NCBI GenBank assembly: GCA_964016885.1
Contig: OZ024742.1
Coordinates: 201,748,001 to 201,812,000, forward strand
Direction: 5' to 3'
Length of the DNA stretch: 64,000 nt
Source of the DNA: Eledone cirrhosa
Lineage: Eukaryota
Made by a program: the position numbers and the translations under genes. Shown here piece after piece: positions 51,698-62,689 of this stretch (position 1 is the first letter of the stretch; every line of letters starts with the position of its first letter). The notes beneath the pieces are model-generated. The model saw nothing but the letters and a program-made list of their open reading frames with translations, was not told the origin of the DNA and did no database searches.

Positions 51698-52990
51698 ATG
51701 ACTACTACCACCACCACTACAGCCACAATCACTACTATGACTACTACCACCACCACTACAGCCACAACGACTACTATGACTACTACCACCTCTACTACAG
51801 CCACAACCACTACTATGACTACTACCACCACTACTACAGCCACAACCACTACTATGACTACTAGCACCACTACTACAGCCACAACCATTACTATGACTAC
51901 TATCACCACTACTACAGCCACAACCACTACTATGACTACTAGCACCACTACTACAGCCACAACCATTACTATGACTACTACCACCACTACTACAGCCACA
52001 ACCACTACTATGACTACTACCACCACCACTACAGCCACAACCACTACTATGACTACTACCACCACCACTACAGCCACAACCACTACCATGACTACTACCA
52101 CCACCACTACAGCCTCAATCACTACTATGACTACTACCACCACCACTACAGCCACAACCACTACTATGACTACTACCACCACCACTACAGCCACAACCAC
52201 TACTATGACTACTACCACCACCACTACAGCCACAACCACTACTATGACTACTACCACCACCACTACAGCCTCAATCACTACTATGACTACTACCACCACC
52301 ACTACAGCCACAACGACTACTATGACTACTACCACCACAACTACAGCCACAACCACTACTATGACTACTACCACCACCACTACAGCCACAACCACTACTA
52401 TGACTACTACCACCACCACTAGAGCTACAACCACTACTATGACTACTACCACCACCACTACAGCCACAACCACTACTATGACTACTACCACCACCACTAC
52501 AGCCTCAATCACTACTATGACTACTACCACCACCACTACAGCCACAACGACTACTATGACTACTACCACCACAACTACAGCCACAACCACTACTATGACT
52601 ACTACCACCACCACTACAGCCACAACCACTACTATGACTACTACCACCACCACTAGAGCTACAACCACTACTATGACTACTACCACCACCACTACAGCCA
52701 CAACCACTACTATGACTACTACCACCACTACTACAGCCACAACCACTACTATGACTACTACCACCACCACTACAGCCACAACCACTACTATGACTACTAC
52801 CACCACCACTAGAGCTACAACCACTACTATGACTACTACCACCACCACTACAGCCACAACCACTACTATGACTACTACCACCACCACTACAGCCACAACC
52901 ACTACTATGACTACTACCACCACCACTACAGCCACAACGACTACTATGACTACTACCACCACTACTACAGCCACTACTATGACTACCACA
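51698..52990. repeat. Terminal layer of the array with private variants and short 4-6 monomer sub-periods
   Basis: gcctcaatc occurs at 52112, 52268 and 52502. The acaacgact and actagcacc variants are concentrated here. Confidence 0.8.
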
Positions 52991-53095
52991 AGGTTTATGT
53001 AATTAGAGAGGCAGTAGGTAGTAGAGTAGGTAACGGTTATTGATCAAAGATCTTGTCTAAGTAGTGATTAGTAAGAGTTGTAGCGCGTGATATAG

Positions 53096-53197
53096 CCAAT
53101 GCCTGCAGGTAGAGCGTTAGAGAGAGACACGCTTCACTGGCTCCGATATTGCGCATGACAGACAGATACACATCAACGGTAAACTGGACCAATCAGA
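53096..53197. promoter_or_regulatory. Two CCAAT boxes (NF-Y-like) next to the array end
   Basis: AGCCAAT has CCAAT at 53096-53100. GGACCAATCAG has CCAAT at 53189-53193 and matches the extended NF-Y consensus RRCCAATCAG. Motif match only. Confidence 0.2.
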
Positions 53198-53215
53198 AGC
53201 GGATAAGTATACATA

Positions 53216-53334
53216 TCTCTCTCCCTCTCATTTATTCCTGTTGCCTGGCTTTCTTTCTCATCCCCTCTCTCTCTCTCTCTTTCTCTGTGTCTCTCTATGT
53301 ATATATATATATGTACATAAACACACACACACGT

Positions 53335-53377
<43 letters not shown>

Positions 53378-53396
53378 TATATATATATATATATAC
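53216..53396. repeat. Compound microsatellite (CT)n-(TA)n-(CA)n-(TA)n
   Basis: Directly visible dinucleotide runs. Confidence 0.95.
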
Positions 53397-53782
53397 GGAC
53401 ATGTAAATATATACAGTATGTAGCTTCTTTCAGCTGTGGCAATGCCTCTGCAGTACAAAATACATAAATATGTACATATATTATATACATCTGCATGTAC
53501 ATACATAAATACATCCATGCATAAGTATGTATACATGTACGTATTTTGTAGTGTGTATGTAATGTCTTGCTATATTTTGTACTGCAGATGCTATGCCACC
53601 GCAAATGATCGAAGGAGTATTGCAAGAAACGAAGGGAGGCAGGAAAGAAAGAAAGAACAAGAAATGGTTCCGTAAAATAGCTGCCCCGATTCCACCCGAC
53701 CCGATACTACCATATAAAATATTGGAATTTTTTCCCATCCTCATTACTAAGTGACTGTGTTGTTGGTGGGCAGACCATCTTT

Positions 53783-53817
<35 letters not shown>

Positions 53818-53819
53818 GC

Positions 53820-53862
<43 letters not shown>
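53783..53862. repeat. (CA)n-(TA)n microsatellite
   Basis: Directly visible. Confidence 0.95.
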
Positions 53863-53864
<2 letters not shown>

Positions 53865-54031
53865 TTCCATACACTGGTGGTTTTTTCCCTGTTTTATTGA
53901 TAGCGCACTGTATATCTCTCTCTGGTGTGTTACCTTTTCAACATATTGTATTTTAAAAAGCTCAGGATTTCTTCTCCTTTGAGCACATTATTTACAGGGA
54001 ATGGCGGGGGCCTATGGCTCCGTTAATTTAT

Positions 54032-54035
<4 letters not shown>

Positions 54036-54062
<27 letters not shown>
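54036..54062. repeat. (TA)n microsatellite
   Basis: Directly visible. Confidence 0.95.
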
Positions 54063-54708
54063 CTAATGTCGGTTCATTGGAGTGATACTAAAGCTGTGAA
54101 ATCTTGTATAATTAACTTCAACTCTACATTTTTTCTTTCCAGGGACTAGGTTAAAAAATAAACCACATTTGGTCATTCCATGTTGTTCAGCATTGGACCT
54201 TTTCAGTCGCCCCTCGTATATTTCGCCGTAACTTATATAACTAATTCTGCAATCAACATCTGAAGAAATCGTCTAAGTCTTGCATCATGAACGAATGATA
54301 AAACTGGACCATTGAAATATGTATAGTGTTTACGCGAACTAAAATTTTAAAGAAAAATTCCAATCCGGCATTCTGTTGGTTTTTTAATGAATATTTAACT
54401 CCGTTCCTGCACCAGCCGCGGGATCCCACAGCTACCCGGATAATCTGCTTAACCCCCAGGGCTTTAATTTGCTGCATCCTCGTTTATTAACTGGAACCAC
54501 CAGTCGTACCCACTGGTAAACAACATAACATGATTAGTATATAACACTTATCCATCGCTGGCCGGACCGCCGAGCGAATTGACACACTTTCGAGCATTGG
54601 AACCCGGAGTGACACCCTGGCAAAATCCTGTACGCCCATGTGCTCTGAGTGGATCACACCACTCAGTCTGCCTTCATCTATTCCCCCCTTACATTTTCTA
54701 TGTTTCAG

Positions 54709-54771
54709 TATCATACTTCTCATACTGAATGTAAGTCTGTAAGAGTTCAGGAGATTGAAAGCAAGCAAATG
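54709..54771 (+). other. Candidate short exon with splice acceptor and two possible donors
   Basis: Acceptor ccccccttacattttctatgtttcAG ends at 54708. Possible donors are AAT|GTAAGT at 54730/54731 and ATG|GTAAGC at 54771/54772. No homology recognised. Confidence 0.25.
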
Positions 54772-55193
54772 GTAAGCTTATGTATAGAAATATGTAAACT
54801 TGGCCACATTAATATTTTAAAAATGCATTGAGAACTTCTTTGTTATCAGGAAAGAGGGTGATTGGCTCACAGAGTAAATATTTGGAAATAAAGGAAAGCA
54901 CGCTTGCAATATAGGTGGATAATGAAATACAACAAAACATGTAATTAAGCCAACTGTCAATGAATGTATTAAAAACAATTTTCTTGACAAGAATATATCT
55001 TAAGGTAAAATTCATTCTATTTTTAGGCACCTTTACTCATACTGCATTCTAAGTGGAAAAATACATGCATACTGACATGAATACATGCATGCATACTGAC
55101 ATGAATACATGCATGCATACATACTTACATACATGATGGCTGCCCCCTCGTTATCGAGTATGGCCATTGCACGATAACAAATAATATATACTT

Positions 55194-55312
<119 letters not shown>

Positions 55313-55325
55313 TATATATTCCTAA

Positions 55326-56912
55326 TTAACGGTGCTGCGCTCGAATGTGGATTTTTAACCCAGCCAATGATCTACAATGCCTTGCACAGAGTTGGCAACC
55401 ATGATAAAAATATTCACTAGCAATAGCCGGCTATGGTTGGTCTTCCTGTACTTTTGCATGTCGCTTGAACCCTCCTGCTGATCTACACTTTTTTCCATAT
55501 GCTTGATAGGGATGATGAGTAGCATCTCCGATAGGAGTCTGGTAGTCAACCACGGTCTCAATTTATGACTGCAAAGAGGACGTTTCAGTCCAGCTTTGCC
55601 GAGGCAGGGTCGTGCACAGCTCCATAGAAGGACCTTTGCTGTCTGGAAATGTAACAGCAATGCCTTTCCTGACACCCCTTTACTTTCTGGTATGCGATTC
55701 GAGATGCTTGAAAAGCAACTTTCCCCTCGTACAGGCTTTCTTTATTTACTACGATCAGCAGCTTCTCTTTCCTATGTATCAACAGAGATGTTAGCGTCTT
55801 TCAAGAAAGCTTTCAACGAATCCTTATATCTCTTTTTTGGTTTACGAGGAGGTCATTTTCCATAAAGGAGATGTTTTGGTATCCTAGAATCCTTCATACT
55901 GGCACGGTGTCCACTACATCGGATCTTTGCTTAAGCACAAGAGCTTTTATGCTTTCAAAAGCATAAAAGCTCTTTTACACAGAGAGCTTTTCAAAATCTC
56001 GACATCACTGATGTGGTCCCTCAAGTGAACACTATGGATCCGTCTGAGACACATCTGATGGAAACGTTCCAACTGTTTCAGGTGGTGTCGATATGTGATC
56101 CATGTCTCGCAGGCATAAAGAACAGAAGAGAGCACACATGCCTTGTACACCTTTACCTTTGTCTTCTTGCATATGTCTCGCCGACCCCAGAGGCGCCATT
56201 CTAACTTTCCGAAATCATCGCTTGCTTTCCTAATACTGTGTGGAATTTCATCATCAACATTGTTGTGTCGATTGACAGTGCTTCCCAGGTAGACAAACTA
56301 ATCAACCACTCCAAGTCGTTTACTATGCAGATAGATATTTGGTTCATTGTACTGTTTACCAGGGGCAGGTTGGTATATGACAACGGTTTTCTTAAGACTT
56401 ACAGTCAATCCTAGGGCAGTGCAAGCATCAGAAAATGCATTCAAAAGGTGTTGCATATAAATCTCTGTATGTACTACAAAATCGCAATCATCTGCTGCAT
56501 TCAAAAGGTCTTTTATCATAGAGGCAAATACTTTTGTTTCTGCAGCAAAGTGCCTGATATTAAATATACTGCCAGAGGTTTGATAGTAGATGTAAACACA
56601 ATGCCTGCAACTCCTGAATGCAATATAGAAAACCATCGCAAAGTATATGGCAAATAAGGTCGGTGCTGGAATATCCTCCTGTTTCATTCCATTTGTCACT
56701 GAAATAGGCTCTTGGAGTCATCATGTAAAGAGCTAACCAAAGCAAGGAACTTATCAGAGCAACCAAGTTTCTGGAGAACCTTCAACAAAGGGATGGTTGG
56801 TTCAAGAGCTCACCAAAGTGATCTCTCCATTTGTCGAGTATGTATTTGGAACGAGCAGTAACTGCTTGCCATCTTTCGATCTCAAATGTGCCACTGGTGA
56901 GCTGAAAGAGTC
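55326..56912 (-). mobile_element. Decayed, 5'-truncated RTE-clade non-LTR retrotransposon (RT remnant with C-terminal C2H2 fingers)
   Basis: Minus-strand peptides, joined across frameshifts, match RTE ORF motifs: HLRSKDGKQLL..KYILDKWRDHFGELLNQPS, LLKVLQKLGCSDKFLALVSSLHDD, VTNGMKQEDIPAPTLFAIYF, KDLLNAADDCDF (degenerate YADD near 56490), FSDACTALGLTVSLKKTVVIYQPAPG, YKACVLSSVLYACETWITYRHHLKQLERFHQMCLRRI, and CQLCARHCRSLAGLKIHIRAQHR followed by a stop at 55326-55328. Confidence 0.93.
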
Positions 56913-57463
56913 ATTCACTTCATGCATACATACATTCGTACGTACGTGACACATATATACGTACATGGTGGCTGCCAACTCGTTTTCGAGTACGGCCACT
57001 ACGTTATATCCATGTAGGAGAACCCCTACCGATGCGCTGAACGAGTGTGACTTTTTAGTCCAGCCAGCGACTTGAAAACTCTGGTACAAACACTACACTT
57101 GTGACAATTATTGACACATAGTGCTGGGTCCATGGTACATACATACAAATATACATACATACATATATACATAAATACATATATACATACATAAGACATG
57201 TCATTTCAGCACATGCGCATTGGTGTGGTGACATGAATGGACACAGTACATTTCCCTTTATTTTCTGTTCACGGATGAATTGCTTTGTAAATGTGTGACA
57301 AGAAAACTATTTGAAATTGCAATAAGATGAGATTTAGTTGGAAGATTTAGATTGAAGTCCAACTCCATTACTGTGTGGCCTTAATGAAGAATGGGGACAG
57401 CGTGAATATCGATATATATATATATAGATAGGCAGGTAGATAGAGAGAATGGAAAATGGACTG

Positions 57464-58683
<1,220 letters not shown>

Positions 58684-58988
58684 GCGAGTGTCTTTAATGA
58701 TAGAGAAAAAATCTATCCGGTACAACGGAACGAGGTGTCAATGTAGCTAACTTTCAATATCCGACTGAGAAATGTTCATTGATGTATATTTGGTATCAAC
58801 ACCACATTCTGAGCTACATTATGTGCTTAATTGTAACTATTGACTGAACCATCAGCCAACCCTATGAATTACAACTTTTTAAACTACAAAAACTCACTGA
58901 CCGTGAAGAAATTTGGATGAAATAATGCTTTGTCGAGTTCGATTTGTAATGTCCCTTGAAGAAAAGACATCACGAGGAGAGGTTGTTC

Positions 58989-59100
58989 AGGAAGTGAGGA
59001 AGTGAGGAAGTGAGGAAGCGAGGAAGTGTGGAAGTAAGGAAAAGGCGAATTGTGTGCTGTAAGGAAGTAAAAGGAAATCCAGGAGGTAGAAAAGGAAGTG
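58989..59100 (+). promoter_or_regulatory. 8-bp tandem AGGAAGTG repeat forming a homotypic ETS-motif cluster
   Basis: aggaagtg three times, then aggaagcg, aggaagtg, tggaagta and aggaaaag in 8-bp register at 58989-59044, plus further aggaagt/aggaaat at 59062-59100. The repeat is certain; the regulatory function is inferred. Confidence 0.35.
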
Positions 59101-59214
59101 TAGACCAGTCCAGCGCTTTAATATTTCAACCAGGCTTCCTAGTGACTAAAAGCTGGTTGAAAGGAAAGTAGATTGTCCGTCTAAATTCAATAACACTACT
59201 TATTTACAAGCGAA

Positions 59215-59650
59215 GACGCAGCAATGGTCGAATGGTTAAGGAGTTCGATTTACAGTTTTAGGGTTCTGGGTTCGATTCATCTCCATGGCATTTTGTGCAA
59301 GTGTCATTTTCCATAGCCACCGGTCAACCCTAGGCTTGTAAATGAAACTGGATAGTTGGAATTTGTTTGGCAGCCCATCGGATGGACTGTACTTGCAATT
59401 CACAGAGCCATATTTGTCACAAATTTTAACACAAACATGTACCAATCTTTAGTAGAAAATAGACTGTACCTATAAGAGAAAGTCATCATGATAACATGCT
59501 GTTTGACGCTGACTCTTCCTTACAATAAAGTTAAAGGTACACCTGTCTGTGGAATATTTAGCTACTTTTACCGTTATTGTAGGACAACAATGTGTTCAGC
59601 TGTGGCGGAACCACATATAGCCAAGCTCTGTAACTGACAGTCTTGTCGAC
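59215..59650 (+). mobile_element. tRNA-derived SINE (diverged)
   Basis: Pol III A-box-like TGGTCGAATGG at 59225-59235 and B-box GGTTCGATTC at 59269-59278. The body (gcaagtgtcattttccatagcc...gcccatcg) and tail (ggtacacctgtctgtggaat...gtaactgacag) resemble octopus SINEs as I recall them. The 3' boundary is approximate. Confidence 0.7.
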
Positions 59651-59734
59651 ATGATAAGAAGAAGACAGTTATTGTACCTGCAGCATGTTTCGTTCACAGA
59701 ACAACTGCAACAATCAGCGAAGAAGTCTAAATGG

Positions 59735-59863
59735 AGGAGCCATTAGAGCTAAAGACAAAATGTATCGAGGTGTTTGTTCCGGCTCCCTACACCCTCAGCT
59801 GAAATCCCCCCCAATATTCAGATTGTCTTTAATTCTTCCGGGTTCAATAAAATAAACCAGCAG
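59735..59863 (+). mobile_element. Highly diverged SINE fragment, probably the same family as 61346-61485
   Basis: ctcagctgaaatcccccc..ttgtctttaattcttccgggttcaataaaataaaccag aligns by eye to the reverse complement of 61390-61460 (ctgagttcaaatcccgcc..tttacctttcatccttacggggtcgatcaaataaagtaccag). Confidence 0.5.
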
Positions 59864-60288
59864 ACCAGGACTTCATCCTCGTTCAGGAACATTCTAGAAA
59901 TCCCATCAAATAAGCAACATCTATGCCGGGTGCAGACTAGCAGCAACAATGTTCATGTAGTAGCAAATGTGGTAACACCATTAGAACCTCTCCACCACGG
60001 TGGATATTTCCACAAAGCTGTTACGCGGGGAAGGCGTTTATGAATTTATGTATTAATTGTAGGAAATTATGTATTTGATTTAATTAAAATATTTGTACGA
60101 AACTGTGACGTTTTACGTTTTGGCAATGTTTCCTTGTGAAATCTGTTTCCTAGGCCACTGCGCTGTTGACCATGAAGGTAACCGTCTAACTGTATATCAC
60201 GAGAAAAACATATCTAGTTCATTGATGATAAGCAACCAAATCAACATACAACAATATCATTGGCAGTTGTAGTTGATATATACATATT

Positions 60289-60450
60289 TATGTGCGTAAG
60301 TGTGTGTGTGTGTGTGCGTGTATGTGCGTGTGTGTATGCGCGCGTGTGCGTGTGCCTGTGTACGTGTGCGGGTGTGTGTGCATCTGTCCACGCGTGCGTG
60401 CGTGCTTGTGTGTATGTGTGTGTGAGAGAGACAGCGTGTGTGTGTATGCA
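60289..60450. repeat. Degenerate (TG)n/(CGTG)n microsatellite
   Basis: Directly visible alternating purine-pyrimidine tract. Confidence 0.92.
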
Positions 60451-60608
60451 TGTATATAATACATATAAGATATACATATAGACATGTATATTATAGAGAG
60501 AGTCGGGTTCTGACGGCTGGGATCTTGCCGTTTCTACTGCTAGCTACAGACACATTTGGCTTTCTAATATAGTTAAACCCTACTATCCCAAGTATTGATT
60601 ACTCTGCT

Positions 60609-60655
60609 AAACAATGGTCTAACGAGTTCAATAGTAATTTACTCCTGACATATAC

Positions 60656-60709
<54 letters not shown>

Positions 60710-60755
60710 GTATATGTCAGGAGTAAATTACTATTGAACTCGTTAGACCATTGTT

Positions 60756-60756
<1 letters not shown>
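60609..60756. repeat. 148-bp near-perfect palindrome: 49-bp perfect inverted arms around a (TA)n core
   Basis: 60609-60657 (aaacaatggtctaacgagttcaatagtaatttactcctgacatatacgt) is the exact reverse complement of 60708-60756. Confidence 0.97.
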
Positions 60757-60790
<34 letters not shown>

Positions 60791-61345
60791 GTTAAAACAA
60801 TTAAATAAAAAATCAAGTCATTAGAAATATACTTCACTGCTTTACGATCGTTTCTAGGTGATGATAATATATCGTAACTATACTTCGATATCGATCTATG
60901 TAAGGTTAGTTACAAAATATCAGATAAAGAGAATATTTACTTACGTGCATATCACCAGCTGTAGTCAAAAGCAATAATAATTTTATTCAAAATTAGTAGC
61001 AATTAGTATTATGTTTAGTTCTATGACCTTGTTTGGAGGTAGTTGAAGAACTAACCAATTAGATTGTTTTTTTCCATATGATGTTAAGATGAAAAATAAT
61101 TCACTTTAGTTGAGGTCATGACCCTTTGAAAGGAATGGTTGAATGGTGTTAATAACAGAATTGCCATAAAAAATGTATTAGGAAGAAAGGGATTGTCAAA
61201 TTGATAGTTGAATGTATATGGTATAATGAAGTTTAAAAGGAATGTAAAAATTAAATGTTGAATTGTGTTGTATGGAGTTTTTAGGTGAATATAAATTAAG
61301 CTAGGAAAGATAGTATATTAAAAGATGAAAATTATAATAAGATAA

Positions 61346-61485
61346 TTGTTTCTACTTTAGGCACAAGGCCAGCAATTAACCAGTGCATTACTGGTACTTT
61401 ATTTGATCGACCCCGTAAGGATGAAAGGTAAAGTCAACCTCGGCGGGATTTGAACTCAGATCGTAAAGGGACGTAACTATGCTAA
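61346..61485 (-). mobile_element. tRNA-derived SINE fragment (octopus-type), 5'-truncated
   Basis: The minus strand reads tttacgatctGAGTTCAAATCCcgccgaggttgactttacctttcatccttacggggtcgatcaaataaagtaccagt...ggccttgtgcctaaagtagaaacaa, with the B box at 61446-61457. It resembles an abundant Octopus SINE from recall. Confidence 0.75.
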
Positions 61486-61592
61486 GATAATGAAATACAG
61501 TAATACAATAATATAATATAATTGTTTCTAGTAACACAATATAGTACGGTGTAGTAAATTGTCCTTAGTATAATACAGCGTATGATACGTCT

Positions 61593-62107
61593 ACATTATA
61601 ATAAATGTTCGGTAAACTGATACGTGCATACATATATGTGTGCCTGTATGTATACATAGATATATATATATATATACATGCTACTGTACGTCTGTATACA
61701 TATATGTATGTACGTATACATACATACTTACATTTAAGTAAGTGCCATACTAAGAGTGAGAAATGAAATTTCGTTTCATTCTATTCCATTTATCGTTTTC
61801 GGAACGCCTGGCCGACTGAACTCACTTGATATGCAAATTAGGCTGCTCAGCCGTTAATTTTCATAAGGAAAGTATATACTTTCGAACGTTCAACCATCTG
61901 GCAGAAAGGTATACGGTGTTGACGATAGCTAACAAGCTTGAAACTAGTACATCGTTCCTGTGTCAGTGTTGAACAAAAAGGTGACGTGGTTGCCTAAACA
62001 CTGTACGACGTAAATCAGGCAGGTTTGTTTGTTTACAAACGAACAAAGCGAACATTATAATAAATGTTCGGTAAACTGATACGTGCATATATATATATGT
62101 GTGCCTG

Positions 62108-62180
<73 letters not shown>

Positions 62181-62233
62181 GCTACTGTACGTCTGTATAC
62201 ATATATGTATGTACGTATACATACATACTTACA
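61593..62233. repeat. Direct repeat pair (61593-61732 and 62052-62233) flanking a 319-bp unique insert
   Basis: Both copies read acattataataaatgttcggtaaactgatacgtgcata...catgctactgtacgtctgtatacatatatgtatgtacgtatacatacatacttaca and differ mainly in internal (TA)n length. Confidence 0.95.
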
Positions 62234-62689
62234 ACTAAAACTATACATACACATAAATAGATGCAAACATATACATACATCTACACATGTGCACACAATC
62301 ATATACACATATATTTATAGATATATATATTTACATATACACACCTATACACACATGTATATATGTATGTACACACACATATAAACACTCATACACATAT
62401 ACTCGTATATACACACATACACACACACACATTTATATATATATATATATATATATTCCCATATCATACATACATAGATACATATTTACTCATGCAATTA
62501 CGGGTGGTTGTGTACCTTGTTGCCCTTAGTCATTAACGCATAAATCTAAGGAAGCTAAAACATTAAAAGGTAAGAAATAAGCAAGAATGCGTATAATTAG
62601 GGGAAAGGGGTACAAACAAAGGTTACGCTATATAGAATTATAGTGAGTTGTTATTTAGAATATTTAATTAGGTTTATAGTATTTAAATG

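Larger units (their letters stand above)
1..52990. repeat. 39-bp tandem satellite/minisatellite array (about 1,350 monomers), extending beyond the window start
   Basis: Consensus ATG ACT ACT ACC ACC ACC ACT ACA GCC ACA ACC ACT ACT repeats head-to-tail without spacers from base 1 to ...gactaccaca at 52990. Variant monomers of 36 and 42 bp occur, and ACT>ATT is a common variant. Confidence 0.99.

Noticed and set aside
1680-52989. Giant minus-strand poly-Val ORFs (up to 5281 aa)
   Set aside because: These are GTN shadows of the ACN repeat. Stops would need several substitutions, and kilo-residue poly-Val/Ile is not a plausible protein.
1-52990. CRISPR array or telomerase-type repeat
   Set aside because: There are no unique spacers or cas genes and the context is eukaryotic. 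The monomer is 39 bp with HOR variants, not a short invariant telomeric unit.
54615-54666. 8-bp hairpin ctgagtgg-atcaca-ccactcag and an adjacent TIR-like string (minus strand catgggcgtacaggattttgccaggg)
   Set aside because: No CTRR Helitron end follows the hairpin and no partner TIR or TSD was found. Too short to support an element.
55061-55125. 20-24 bp tandem duplication atacatgcat(gcat)actgacatga
   Set aside because: Ordinary slippage within a TACA/TGCA microsatellite.
59221-59285. tRNA gene
   Set aside because: A and B boxes are present, but there is no convincing cloverleaf and the sequence continues into a SINE body.
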